Of a stretch of 64,000 nt of DNA, positions 34,020 to 46,648 are shown piece after piece. Both the position numbers and the translations under genes were made by a program. The notes under the pieces were generated by a model, which worked only from the letters and a program-made list of their open reading frames with translations, did not search any database and was not told where the DNA came from. The number at the start of each line of letters is the position of its first letter. The first letter of the stretch is position 1. Source of the stretch: Macrostomum lignano (lineage: Eukaryota); NCBI GenBank assembly GCA_002269645.1, contig NIVC01002605.1, forward strand, positions 62,001 to 126,000, written 5' to 3'.

Positions 34020-35620
34020 TGTCTAACAGGTGACCCAGAGTGTCTAACAGTTGACCCGGTATGTCTAACAGGTGACATGACCCGGTATGTCTAACAGGTG
34101 ACATGACCCGGTATGTCTAACAGGTGAAACGACCTGTAGGTCTAACAGGTGACATGACCTGTATGTCTAACAGGTGACATGACCTGTATCTCTAACAGGT
34201 GACATGACCTGTATGTCTAACAGGTGAAACGACCTGTATGTCTAACAGGTGAAACGACCTGTATCTCTAACAGGTGACATGACCTGTATGTCTAACAGGT
34301 GAAACGACCTGTATGTCTAACAGGTGACATGACCTGTATGTCTAACAGGTGAAACGACCTGTATCTCTAACAGGTGACATGACCTGTATCTCTAACAGGT
34401 GACATGACCTGTATGTCTAACAGGTGACATGACCTGTATGTCTAACAGGTGAAACGACCTGTATCTCTAACAGGTGACATGACCTGTATCTCTAACAGGT
34501 GACATGACCTGTATGTCTAACAGGTGACATGACCTGTATGTCTAACAGGTGAAATAACCTGTGTCTAACAGGTGAAACGACCTGTATGTCTAACAGGTGA
34601 CATGACCTGTATGTCTAACAGGTGACATGACCTGTATCTCTAACAGGTGACATGAACTGTATGTCTAACAGGTGAAACGACCTGTATGTCTAACAGGTGA
34701 CATGACCTGTATGTCTAACAGGTGACATGACCTGTATGTCTAACAGGTGACATGACCTGTATGTCTAACAGGTGACATGACCTGTATCTCTAACAGGTGA
34801 CATGAACTGTATGTCTAACAGGTGAAACGACCTGTATGTCTAACAGGTGACATGACCTGTATGTCTAACAGGTGACATGACCTGTATGTCTAACAGGTGA
34901 CATGACCTGTATGTCTAACAGGTGACATGACCTGTATGTTTAACAGTTGACCCCGCATGTCTAACAGTTGACCCCGCATGTCTAACAGGTGAAATGACCT
35001 GTATGTCTAACAGGTGACATGACCTGTATCTCTAACAGGTGACATGACCTGTATGTCTAACAGGTGAAACGACCTGTATGTCTAACAGGTGACATGACCT
35101 GTATCTCTAACAGGTGACATGACCTGTATGTCTAACAGGTGACATGACCTGTATGTCTAACAGGTGACATGACCTGTATGTCTAACAGTTGACATGACCT
35201 GTATGTCTAACAGGTGACATGACCTGTATGTCTAACAGTTGACCCCGCATGTCTAACAGTTGACCCCGCATGTCTAACAGTTGACCCCGCATGTCTAACA
35301 GTTGACCCCGCATGTCTAACAGTTGACCCCGCATGTCTAACAGTTGACCCCGCATGTCTAACAGTTGACCCCGCATGTCTAACAGTTGACCCCGCATGTC
35401 TAACAGTTGACCCCGCATGTCTAACAGTTGACCCCGCATGTCTAACAGTTGACCCCGCATGTCTAACAGGTGAAATGACCTGTATGTCTAACAGGTGACA
35501 TGACCTGTATCTCTAACAGGTGACATGACCTGTATGTCTAACAGGTGAAACGACCTGTATGTCTAACAGGTGACATGACATGTATCTCTAACAGGTGACA
35601 TGACCTGTATGTCTAACAGG
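34020..35620. repeat. Intronic minisatellite, 25 bp (gtatgtctaacaggtgacatgacct) with a 21-bp variant block (atgtctaacagttgaccccgc)
   Basis: Tandem copies fill the intron. Confidence 0.96.
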
Positions 35621-35628
35621 CGCCTTAC

Positions 35629-35921
35629 TTGTAGGTGTACAAGCTCTCTTCCTGAGCTTCGCGTTCCAGACGTCGACGCTGCCAGTCGGTGAACGCCGGC
35701 AGAAGATCGTCGCGTAGGACTCGGCCAGCGCCGGCCAGGCGGGCAGAGGGATCTGGCTCAGCAGTGGCCAGCAGGCCGAGGCGCAGCAGGGCTGGCAGGA
35801 GCTGGCGCTTGCTGCCGCTGCCGCAGGCGCCGGTCGCCAAGAGGCGCTCGAGACTGCGCGCGGCGTCTAGGCTGGTAGGCGGGAACGCGCCGCACAGGTG
35901 ACTCACCTGGCTGGTTACGGA
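35629..35921 (-). CDS. MDN1: Midasin exon (linker)
   Basis: AFTDWQRRRLEREAQEESLYTYK; phase 0/2. Confidence 0.88.
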
Positions 35922-35984
35922 CTGAAGAGATGCGGGCAAGGGATATGATCGGAATGAATATGCGCGACAATCTAAAATCTCATT

Positions 35985-36580
35985 GCTTGAAATCCCAATC
36001 TTGCATCCTGAAATCCCAATCCCACATTCTGAAATCACCCAATCTCACATTCTGAAATCCCAATCCCACATTCTGAAATCACCCAATCTCACATTCTGAA
36101 ATCCCAATCCCACATTCTGAAATCCCAACCCCACATTCTGAAATCCCAATCCCACATTTTAATAGCTCAATCCCACATTCAGAAATCCCAATCCCACATT
36201 CTGAAATCTTAATCCCACATTTTAATAGCTCAATCCCACATTCAGAAATCCCAATCCCACATTCAGAAATCCCAATCCCACATTCTGAAATCTTAATCCC
36301 ACATTTTAATAGCTCAATCCCACATTCAGAAATCCCAATCCCACATTCAGAAATCCCAATCCCACATTCTGAAATCTTAATCCCACATTTTAATAGCTCA
36401 ATCCCACATTCAGAAATCCCAATCCCACATTCAGAAATCCCAATCCCACATTCTGAAATCTTAATCCCACATTTTAATAGCTCAATCCCACATTCAGAAA
36501 TACCAATTATACATTCTGAAATCCTAATCCCACATTCAGAAATCCAAATCTCACATTCTGAGATCCCAATTCCCATAATG
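35985..36580 (+). repeat. Intronic minisatellite, 21 bp (ctgaaatcccaatcccacatt)
   Basis: Tandem copies; exact reverse complement of the unit at 37810-38270. Confidence 0.95.
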
Positions 36581-36618
36581 TTGCAATCCCAAATAGGAAA
36601 TAATTAACCAGAGCCAAC

Positions 36619-36912
36619 CTGGAACTGTGGCAAGAGTTTGCGCAGCCGCGCCAGTCGCAATTCCATGGCTCTGCGAGCCAGCGCCAGGCCCAGCAGGAAA
36701 CTGTAAGACAGATCCACTAAAGCGGGATACGCGGTCAGCAGTCGATTAGCAAAAGCGTCCGTCACAGCCGCCCAGTTGTCCAGTTGGTGGACAACAGCAG
36801 AGTAGCACTGCTCGCTGATGCTGTCAATGCAATCATCGCCGTTGGCGAAACCGGCAAGACTCGCTAGAAGGTCACGGCGACAGTAATTCGTGGCGAATTG
36901 GGTGATTTCAGT
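36619..36912 (-). CDS. MDN1: Midasin exon (linker)
   Basis: Open frame TEITQFATNYC...NWAAVTDAFANRLLTAYPALVD...; tttcag acceptor; 294 nt, phase 0/0. Confidence 0.82.
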
Positions 36913-36999
36913 CTGAAAAATGTATGGTTTTAATTCGTCTACTGTGAGTAGCGTGTTAAGACAATTATCTGCTGAACAGGACTAAAGTGCGATTATTGT

Positions 37000-37285
37000 G
37001 GAGGACTGAGGGGCGATTCTTGTGGAGGACTGAGGGGCGATTCTTGTGGAGGACTGAGGGGCGATTCTTGTGGAGGACTGAGGGGCGATTCTTGTGGAGG
37101 ACTGAGGGGCGATTCTTGTGGAGGACTGAGGGGCGATTCTTGTGGAGGACTGAGGGGCGATTCTTGTGGAGGACTGAGGGGCGATTCTTGTGGAGGACTG
37201 AGGGGCGATTCTTGTGGAGGACTGAGGGCGATTCTTGTGGAGGACTGAGGGGCGATTCTTGTGGAGGACTGAGGGGCGATTCTAG
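37000..37285. repeat. Intronic minisatellite, 24 bp (gattcttgtggaggactgaggggc), ~11 copies
   Basis: Near-perfect tandem copies. Confidence 0.95.
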
Positions 37286-37319
37286 AGGATCAAGAGGCTA
37301 GAGAACAGTCTTTACCAAC

Positions 37320-37781
37320 CTGCAGCCTCTCGTACTCGGCCTGCTGCCTGTGCGGCGACGCCTCCGGCCGATGCGACAGATCCTTGCGGCAGCTGGCCAG
37401 CGAGCTCAGCATGGTGCCAACGTGGTCAGCCAGCTGGCGCCACCATGGCGGCTCAAACTCGTTCTCCGTCTCCGAGTCGACATTGAAATTCGCTTTAGAA
37501 TCGTCTTCGCCGTCGCCGTAGCCACAGGCGTGCCGGCGATACAGTCGGCGTAGGCGCAGCCTGGCAGACGATTCAGCGGCCTCCCTGGCCAGCTGGGAGG
37601 CCAGCGTGGCCAGCTGCAGCTGCGGGTCCAGCGGGCTGCCGGGCCGGGCCAGGCCCAGCAACAGGCTGGCCAGGTCAAAGGTCAACCGGTGCGGATCTGG
37701 TAGGCATTGCTGCCGCTGAGGCTGCTGCTGCTCAGAGTCGGCGGTAAGCGTTAGAAGGCTGTTATCTGGGCCGATTATTTC
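37320..37781 (-). CDS. MDN1: Midasin exon (linker)
   Basis: GLARPGSPLDPQLQ...; cccgcag acceptor; 462 nt, phase 0/0. Confidence 0.85.
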
Positions 37782-37809
37782 CTGCGGGAATGAGCGGTTT
37801 TGTTGTAGA

Positions 37810-38270
37810 ATATGGGATTTCTGAATGTGGGATTAGGATTTCTGAATGTGGGATTAGGATTTCTGAATGTGGGATTAGGATTTCTGAATGTGGGATTAGG
37901 ATTTCTGAATGTGGGATTGGGATTTCTGAATGTGGGATGGGATTTCTAAATGTGGGATTGGGATTTCTGAATGTGGGATTAGGATTTCAGAATGTGGGAT
38001 TGGGATTTCAGAATGTGGGATTGGGATTTCAGAATGTGGGATTGGGATTTCAGAATGTGGGATTGGGATTTCAGAATGTGGGATTGGGATTTCAGAATGT
38101 GGGATTGGGATTTCAGAATGGGGGATTGGGATTTCAGAATGTGGGATTGGGATTTCAGAATGTGGGATTGGGATTACCGAATGGGGGATCGGGATTTCAG
38201 AATGAGGGACTGGGATTTGAAAATGACGGGTTGGGATAGCAGAATGGGGGCTTAGGATTTAAGAAGGTGG
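37810..38270 (-). repeat. Intronic minisatellite, 21 bp (aatgtgggattgggatttcag), inverted copy of 35985-36580
   Basis: Exact reverse-complement unit. Confidence 0.95.
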
Positions 38271-38304
38271 GATCAGAAATTCTCAGGTGGCAGGAAATTC
38301 TCAC

Positions 38305-38772
38305 CAGAAGTTCGGCGGGCACTTTAGCGCCGGATCCGCCGCCGTCACCTATCCAGTGCGGACGGTAGCAGCCTATCAGCTGTCCGGCAAGCAGCCGCAG
38401 CCCGTCAAGCATTGAAAGCTCGGATTGAGTCGGCATCACAGAGGACGAACTCTGGTCGAGTACGGCGCCAGCTGAAGCAGTCAGGTAACCGGCCAGCCAG
38501 CTCAGCTGATTTCGCCGATCGTCCACCCGGGCCAGAGGACAGTTGACTCGCCGGTCACCATGGTAACAAAGCAGCATAGCGGACAGAGATTGGTTGGCCC
38601 GGCTAAACCCGGGGCCGAAGTCGGACACATCGCCGCAGGGCTCCATGCAGATGTCGCCGTCATTGTCGACCGACGCATCGGCGTAGTCGCAGCGGATCAG
38701 CGCGGACTGCCAGGACCAATCGTTGATGTGCTGGCCGAGCAGCAGCCGGTCTATGATGAAATCCCGGCACGA
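38305..38772 (-). CDS. MDN1: Midasin exon (linker)
   Basis: Open GC-rich frame with ccgacag acceptor and gtgaga donor; phase 0/0. Confidence 0.8.
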
Positions 38773-38939
38773 CTGTCGGAGAGGTCATAGTTGAACATAA
38801 TAATGGTCATTGGTTCAGTAAGATCAATATGGCTCAAAGTCATGCTGGTATAAAAACAGTACCGGTATATGATAAGTGGTAAATGTATAAGACATGTACA
38901 TGTACATGACATAGTACATGTATAAGATCGCACTGAGAA

Positions 38940-39410
38940 TTTTACAAGATCACATACAGGTAAAATATCACACACAGGTACAAGATTACACACAGGTACA
39001 AGATCACACACAGGTACAAGATCACAAACAGGTACAAGATCACAAACAGGTACAAGATCACACACAGGTACAAGATCACACACAGGTACAAGATCACACA
39101 CAGGTACAAGATCACACACAGGTACAAGATCACACACAGACCTACAAGATCACACACAGGTACAAGATCACAAACAGGTACAAGATCACACACAGGTACA
39201 AGATCACAAACAGGTACAAGATCACACACAGGTACAAGATCACACACAGGTACAAGATCACACACAGGTACAAGATCACACACAGGTACAAGATCACACA
39301 CAGACCTACAAGATCACACACAGGTACAAGATCACAAACAGGTACAAGATCACACACAGGTACAAGATCACACACAGACCTACAAGATCACACACGGGTA
39401 CAAAATCAAA
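38940..39410. repeat. Intronic minisatellite, 18 bp (caggtacaagatcacaca)
   Basis: ~25 tandem copies. Confidence 0.95.
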
Positions 39411-39444
39411 CTTGGCCCAAGACTCAAACAGTCAGTACTCTCAC

Positions 39445-40125
39445 ATCAAAGTGTTCGGACGGCCGGCCGGGCTGGCCGAAGCCGCGCATCGCCAGAGCGG
39501 CCGGCAGCAGCAGCAGCAGCCGGTCGGCCTGACAATCGATTTGACGAAATCGCGCTCGAATCGGCAGCAGTCGGAGTAGCTCGCGAGCAGTAGCAGCCGG
39601 CGACGCCGAGTCGCGTTGATCATCGTCGGCTGCGGACGCGGACAACAGCGCCAGTTGATCGTCGCCAGAATCAACAGCGGCGTCGGCATCGAGCAGGTCG
39701 GATTTCTCGGCCAGCCGTAGGAGCAGCGGCCCGGCGGCGAGGCCAACCGCGCGCCTGCTGGGCAGCCGGATGCAGCGGACCAGCTCGCCGACGCGCAAAG
39801 CCCGACAGAGGCGACGCCAGTCGAGCGGGCCAGTCAGCACAGGAGGATTCAACAGGCTGTACACCTGCTCCCAAGGCGGCCCGACGGCTGAGACAGCTGA
39901 TTGAGTCAGACACGACGATGACAGGCAAGCGTTGATTCGGTGCTCAACGTCGACAAGATGTCGGCGATAAGCCGACGACGACGTCGACGAGCCATCGCCG
40001 CAGCCGGGAAGAATGGAGGGCAATATGCGGCTGCGCAAGCTGGCCAAAGCCTGGACTACGCAGCGCTCGCATTGGCTGGCGCCGGACACCGGCTGGCTGT
40101 ACAGCAGGTGCAGAGTGCGCTTCAG
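39445..40125 (-). CDS. MDN1: Midasin exon (linker)
   Basis: Open frame, ccccgcag acceptor, gtgaga donor; phase 0/0. Confidence 0.8.
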
Positions 40126-40367
40126 CTGCGGGGATTAGCGACGGGTTGTTATGACCTCTTTGGCCTGTGTGAACCCGCAGACAGACATATGGGGCAAACA
40201 CCGGGGGTCAAGCTGTCCACAGTAGGGTCAATAATTAGGGGTCAGGTTACGCCGCCGGTGAAACAATCGGGGTCATGTGCTTGGAGGGAGAAAACTGGTA
40301 AAAGGCAAACGTTTGAATAAACACTAATAAAAGATAAGCTACTTATAGTAGCAGTGAAGAAAGGAAC

Positions 40368-40904
40368 CTCAAAAACAGCAGCTGGCAGGCTGCTAATAGG
40401 CCCAATTAGGTCGGAGTCGTCGACGCCGGCAGTCAGCAGGTCGCGCAGGCCGCCCAGCAAGGCATCAGCGGCGGTCATCGCCGGTTCAAGAGCCGCTCGT
40501 TCGCGTCGGGTCAGCCGCTGCCGTTTGCCATCGACAAGACGGGCCTTCAACGACATCACGGAAGCCGCTGTCAGAGCAGATTCGGACTTTGAAGCGTCTG
40601 CCTGGTTCGTCGTCATGACCAGACGAGCCTCCGCCTCCGCCAGAGTCAGCAGAGCCCGCATGCCCAACTGGTGTCGATCGAGAGCGGCAAAACAGGCGCT
40701 TGTCGCTGATTGGTCGTCGGCGTTGGCGTGGGCGTCGGCCAGCACGAATGGCAGCACGCGGACATCGACTGGATCGGCAAGGTCAACCAGATCGTGTCGG
40801 CGACAGTAGGCGGCGATGGAGTGTACGGCCGGAGTTGAAGACATCAGCCGGGTGATGTCGGCGGCTGGGAACACGCCGGAGACAATCTGGTTGTCGGCGA
40901 AGGC
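40368..40904 (-). CDS. MDN1: Midasin exon (linker)
   Basis: Open frame AFADNQIVSG...DLADPVDVRVLP; phase 0/0; lower boundary less certain. Confidence 0.75.
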
Positions 40905-41185
40905 CTTCAAATAATGATTGGAAAAGAAAAATGTGAAGGCAGGTTAAAAACGAATAGTCTAATATATAGATGCGGAGTTAATTCAGAGCAGCCTGTGTAC
41001 TAACCTGTGTACTAACCGCTGCCAAATCTGCTTACCTTTCAGTGGGTTAGACACCCTAAACTGGTTCTCATCAAACAATCTTTCTTTAAAAAAATTTCAA
41101 ATAAACAATACCAAATGACGCTTAGCGTTCTACTTACAACATAAATACAAGCATTTTAGATAGGCTTTCGATTGCGCCGACTCAC

Positions 41186-42244
41186 CTTAGCCAGCGCGTT
41201 GAGTCTCTGCGGCAGGTCCCGAGCCGAAGACCATTCTAAATAGAGTTCAGCCGTTGCTAAGCAACCAGAATCGGTTGGCAGAAGCCACAACGGCCCGGCC
41301 AGACTGAGGATTAGGCGGAGGCCGGCGTCGGCCAGGCAGGCGGTTGGGTCGGCCAGCAGCTCGGACAGTCGAATTGGCGGCGTCGGCGGTGGCGAGATGA
41401 CCGGACCAGTTGGTAGAGCCGACAGACTGCAACCGGCATCGACAATGGCGTCGATGGCGGCGCGCACCGCCCGAGCAGCGGCGTCGGAGAGTTGTCGATC
41501 GGCGTAGACGCCTTCCAGCACCAGACGAAGCAGCCGGTCGGCGGCCGCAGGGGCTTCTTCGCTGACAACGTCAGGAGCAAACAGTTTCCGACGCTTTGGC
41601 TTTCGACGAGTTTTCGACTTTACCGATGCGTCGACAGCGTCGGCGGCCCGTAGCAGCAGGCGACAAGCCGACAGCAGATCGGTGAGCGGCGGCGTCGGCG
41701 TTAAACTGCAGTGCAAGCGTAGCGCCAATTTTGTGGCCGAGCTCTGTCCGAGCCCGGACACCAGGTCGGCCGCTCCGTCCGGCGGCAGGGGATCGATCCA
41801 AATCTCGGCGCAGCGATTTCGCATGGCGCGCGACAGTTCGCCGAATTTCGGATCAGACGCCAGGAACAGGCGGAACTCCGGGTGCGGTGACACTTCGTCG
41901 CCGTCGCCGTCTATGTCGCCGCCGCGTTCGGTGAGGTACAGCCGACCGTCCGGCTCCAGCAGGGAGTTCAGCCGGTCCAGCACGGCAACTCCGCAGTGAT
42001 TTGCCGAGTCCAACAGCAGCCAGTCGCCTTCGCGAACAGCCCGAACTAATTGACTGTCGCGCCAGCGAAATCTGACAGAGGCGGCGCCGTTTGATGAAGC
42101 CGCCGTCGAGTCGGTCGACAGGCGGAGCTCGCGCCATTGTCGTGCGACAGTGTTCAGCCGGCCGCGCAACTCATCGGGACAGTGAGCCTCCAGCGCGGTC
42201 AGGAGCTCGCCGAGTAGTCTGGTCTGCTCAGATTCGTTAGCGAC
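41186..42244 (-). CDS. MDN1: Midasin exon (AAA D6, second half)
   Basis: FRWRDSQLVRAVREGDWLLLDSANHCGVAVLDRLNSLLEPDG...HPEFRLFL...ELSRAMRNR. Confidence 0.95.
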
Positions 42245-42379
42245 CTACAGGAGTGTAGGATAAGAATTGGCGAGCGCTGTTACTGTGGAGGCCATCCTGT
42301 TTGACTTAATGAGCTCGTAAAAAACGAGAACAAAAGTGAATTGGAAGTTTTGTGAAATCAGTTTTAAAGGCTTAGCAGA

Positions 42380-42389
42380 CAGACAAGAG

Positions 42390-42443
<54 letters not shown>

Positions 42444-42520
42444 AAAACAGACAAGAGGACAGACAGACAGAAACTAAGACAGACAGACACATAGACAGAC
42501 AGACAGGACAGACGGACAGA
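42380..42520. repeat. (GACA)n microsatellite
   Basis: Direct. Confidence 0.9.
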
Positions 42521-42542
42521 CAAACAATGTATCGCAGCTCAC

Positions 42543-43259
42543 CTGCTCAGTCTCAGCGTCTCCAAGCGCTTTGCGCGCCAACATCAGCGCTGTCTTGCCA
42601 GCAGAGTTGCGCGATTTACTCAACAACCGCGCCGCATCGCGCGCCAACGAGCGAGCCCGGCGCGCCAGCTGGCGCCCCTCCCTGCCCGGCTCGGTCTGCT
42701 CGTAGCCGCCAACCAGATCACCAGTGTCCATGCCGGCGCTAAGAGGCATGACGCGGAGCCGCCTGCCGCACAGGCCGGCCAGCAGGCGCACCAGTCGGGT
42801 TTTGCCGGCCGCCTCCGGCCCGATAAGCGAGGCCGGCCAGCCGAACCTGACGCAGTGCAGCAGCGACTCCAGGGCGCCAAGCTGGTGCCGAAGCAGGTAG
42901 GCTTCGTCGTTAGTTGTATCGCTGATTCTACTGACACTGTGTTGCCTAGCAACCCGTGCGGCGCCAACGGTCACGTGAGTATTAGTAACGTGAAGCATAG
43001 TCGGCCAAGGATAAACAGGATTAGCGGATTCGTCTGGGAAAACTTCCGTGTAGAGATCGGCCACTCGGCGGCGATCTTCTCGACAGCGCATCCGGCCGGA
43101 GTACACCAGGCGGAGGAACAGGCCCGGCTGGCAGCGTCGCCTACCCCCGTCGCCATGGAGACGTAGGGCTTCGCACCAGCGGAATACGTCGCGCAAATTG
43201 AATTCCCATGGCGAGCCGGCGAGGCCGAACGAACGGTCGACGGATACGCGCTGTTGAAG
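42543..43259 (-). CDS. MDN1: Midasin exon (D5 end, AAA D6 Walker A)
   Basis: GSPWEFNLRDVFRWC...LIGPEAAGKTRLV...DLVGGYEQ; joins exon 54980-55617 in phase across an 11.7-kb intron. Confidence 0.95.
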
Positions 43260-43344
43260 CTGCTCAAGAATGGAGTTGGTTGCTCTTAGTGTGTAAGTGC
43301 TTTACCTACTCATTTTACACAAGCAATATTCCCGCCTGGCCCAA

Positions 43345-43800
43345 ACACCCGGTTTTTGTCCGGATTTGGTCCGGAATTGTCCGGTTTTAGCGGTTTTTCC
43401 GGATCAAGCGAAATTTCATCCGGATTTTATCCGGTTGTACAGTCCGGATCAAAATTCGGAGGATCCTCCGGACCAAAACCGGATAAAAAGTTTTTTGCAA
43501 ACGTCTTTCGTCCGGTTTTTCACCCGGAAATTTATCCGGTCGATTTTCTAACAAAAATTGGACTAAACCCGGAGCATAATCCGGATGACCTCCGGACGAG
43601 AGTAGTTTTTTCGTCCGGAAATTGATCCGGTATTTCTTCCACTCGTTTCTCCACTGTTCGAGACGGATCTAACCGGATCAAATACCGGATTAAATCCCGC
43701 TGGGACGCAACGCCGACATTTTGCAAGCTGTTGGTTCGATTTCGGACCGAAATTAACACGAAATTTACTTTTGGTCCGACTTTTAACCCTTTAGGACACG
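43345..43800. repeat. Left subterminal repeat array ([a/t]tccgg[a/t] motifs)
   Basis: Dense tccgga/tccggt/ccggat motifs in both orientations. Confidence 0.85.
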
Positions 43801-44214
43801 ATTTTTGTCGTCCAGAAAGTCGTCTTGCTGTCTGAGATTTTCTGTACCGATTTTTGCACGACTGAAACCCGATTTTCAAACCTTTCATGAACAGCTGCAG
43901 TACGCCCTTCGCAAGTACCCGTATAAAACGGAATGGACACAAAAATGGCCGGCTGTAACCTGTTTTGTAACCGTCATGGTCACCTATTACCATATTTTGG
44001 GACTGTTTTGTTCTGCGTCACATTATTACCCTTCACAGTGACCACATTTAGACCATTTTGTTCAGGACCACAATGCTACCGTTCCGTAAATATCGTACAG
44101 TATTTCAGATGTAAGGTATGCTTTTTTACGAAGTGAGTAAGGAATATTATACATCAATTTCGTATTCCAGTTTATCACTACTCAATTTCGACAACCCCAC
44201 TCCTCAAAGCAGGC

Positions 44215-45225
44215 TGTCGCACAGGAGGCGGCGGCGCTTCTTCATTGGAGCTTCTTCAGTTGTATGGTCAAGTATAGCTTTCAATTTCGAAACGGCGTTG
44301 CCAAGGCGGCGGTGGCGGCTGCCGCACAGGTGGCGGCTGCCGCACAGGAGGCGGCGGCGCTTCTTCATTGGAGCTTCTTCAGTTGTATTGTCAAGTATAG
44401 CTTTCAATTTCGAAACGGCGTTGCCAAGGCGGCGGTGGCGGCTGCCGCACAGGTGGCGGCTGCCGCACAGGTGGCGGCTGCCGCACAGGTGGCGGCTGCC
44501 GCACAGGAGGCGGCGGCGCTTCTTCATTGGAGCTTCTTCAGTTGTATTGTCAAGTATAGCTTTCAATTTCGAAACGGCGTTGCCAAGGCGGCGGTGGCGG
44601 CTGCCGCACAGGTGGCGGCTGCCGCACAGGTGGCGGCTGCCGCACAGGTGGCGGCTGCCGCACAGGTGGCGGCTGCCGCACAGGTGGCGGCTGCCGCACA
44701 GGTGGCGGCTGCCGCACAGGTGGCGGCTGCCGCACAGGAGGCGGCGGCGCTTCTTCATTGGAGCTTCTTCAGTTGTATGGTCAAGTATAGCTTTCAATTT
44801 CGAAACGGCGTTGCCAAGGCGGCGGTGGCGGCTGCCGCACAGGTGGCGGCTGCCGCACAGGAGGCGGCGGCGCTTCTTCATTGGAGCTTCTTCAGTTGTA
44901 TTGTCAAGTATAGCTTTCAATTTCGAAACGGCGTTGCCAAGGCGGCGGTGGCGGCTGCCGCACAGGTGGCGGCTGCCGCACAGGAGGCGGCGGCGCTTCT
45001 TCATTGGAGCTTCTTCAGTTGTATTGTCAAGTATAGCTTTCAATTTCGAAACGGCGTTGCCAAGGCGGCGGTGGCGGCTGCCGCACAGGTGGCGGCTGCC
45101 GCACAGGTGGCGGCTGCCGCACAGGAGGCGGCGGCGCTTCTTCATTGGAGCTTCTTCAGTTGTATTGTCAAGTATAGCTTTCAATTTCGAAACGGCGTTG
45201 CCAAGGCGGCGGTGGCGGTGGCTGT
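44215..45225. repeat. Higher-order repeat: ~105-bp module plus variable 18-bp subunit (caggtggcggctgccgca)
   Basis: Seven modules; subunit runs of about 2,4,8,2,2,3; open frames on both strands. Confidence 0.93.
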
Positions 45226-45937
45226 CTCACAGCTGTCAAACAGGTAACCGTTTGAATTTTTTATAATGACTTATAACAAGTTTATTCATTCAACTGTACG
45301 GACTAGTTTCCTGTTACTACTTTTGAGCCTGAACAAAATGGTCACAGTTTACGGGTAACAATGTGACCCTGAACAGAACGTTCACAAAGCATGGTTACAG
45401 TTAACAGTAACATGTGACCCTATTGTCACGAATAAGAATTGTCACATTAAGCGGTCAGCAGCGTTACGGACACAAGTGAAACGGTCACAGACCCTTTTTG
45501 TCTTTTTGTCACCATGATGCGTTTTATGCGGTCATCATGGTTAACTTCGGTTAACTTTTTTGCAGTATTATATTATGTAGTACGTGTGCTGTATTATTAG
45601 TTTTAAAATACATCAGTAAAGACAGTTGTGATTGTGCACTATTCCGTTGACTTTAATTATTTATGTGGATTTATCAAACATACATGTAGGTGTAATTGTA
45701 GGAATGTTAAAACTTATGGCAGAAATTGTTGCTGAAAGTTATTATAAAAACTCCATCTCGATGGGGTGCTTTCGTAGAAATCAGGTGCTAGAAAAATCGT
45801 ACTCAAAGCGATTTAAAGTCGTGTATATACGAATTTATATGCTTAGGCATTAGTATATTTTTGCGTAGTACACTTCAACAACCACAAAAATTAAATGCAT
45901 AAATGCTAAAACCTGAATTTCCAGCCCATTCGGTGAT

Positions 45938-46172
45938 ATGGATGACGAGGAGAAATCAAAACAGGCGCGTCGCATTTACATGCGTCGGTACATGCTGAAG
46001 CGCAGAGCTGAGGCACGGGAGCAATCTCAATCAGCCCCCCTAACTGTCGCTTCCTCAAGCGGCAACTGTTCAACTGGCCTAGGAGCTGCTATCACTAGTG
46101 CGCCAAATGCAGTCCAAGGAGCTGCTAGCGATAGTGTGTCAACTGCCCAAGGAGTAGCTTGCGAGAAAGATG
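45938..46172 (+). CDS. CMC/EnSpm transposase, probable exon 1
   Basis: MDDEEKSKQARRIYMRRYMLKRR; phase-1 donor GATG|GTAGGC compatible with downstream exons. Confidence 0.6.
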
Positions 46173-46392
46173 GTAGGCTCTTAATTCTGTACTTGGGTAA
46201 TCTGCAGTTACTACACATTCAAGCTCATAATTATGCACGTTTGTTAGTATAGGTATAGTTGGAAAGTACACCCTATAGTCTATAGGTGTATACTGTATTT
46301 TTAGTTATGAAAGCTATAGGTCATTAGGAATTTGGATGACCATTGGAAATTTAACTTCGAAATTTGACGCTTATGTACCGCCTTCGATTCAG

Positions 46393-46470
46393 AGGACAAT
46401 ACTAGCGACAGCGACAGCTCCGTCGCTGGCTCCGATGTCTCTGAAGCGATGGACATCGCCGGAGATTCAG
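46393..46470 (+). CDS. CMC/EnSpm transposase, possible exon 2 (acidic, 78 nt)
   Basis: ttcag acceptor, CAG|GTGGAC donor, phase 1/1, reads EDNTSDSDSSVAGSDVSEAMDIAGDS. Confidence 0.5.
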
Positions 46471-46648
46471 GTGGACCTCTTCCAAGTACTCCTAGTACTT
46501 ACTCAGGTGACTCAGATAAGCAATTCAGTACATTGGAGTGCATTCAGATTTGTACGTATGCATGTAGCTATGGACAGCAAACAATGGACCACGCGGCTTG
46601 ATTTTGACAAAACAGCTATCGATAACTGCTATCAATTTCAATTTTTAG

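Noticed and set aside
35901-35909. Perfect donor CAG|GTGAGT 15 nt inside a midasin exon
   Set aside because: Its use would frameshift the gene and remove conserved sequence; no evidence beyond the motif
46336-46648. 5' part of the 882-aa ORF as a continuous transposase N-terminus
   Set aside because: Starts at a non-ATG codon and is better explained by introns joining exons 45938-46172, 46393-46470 and 46649 onward in phase
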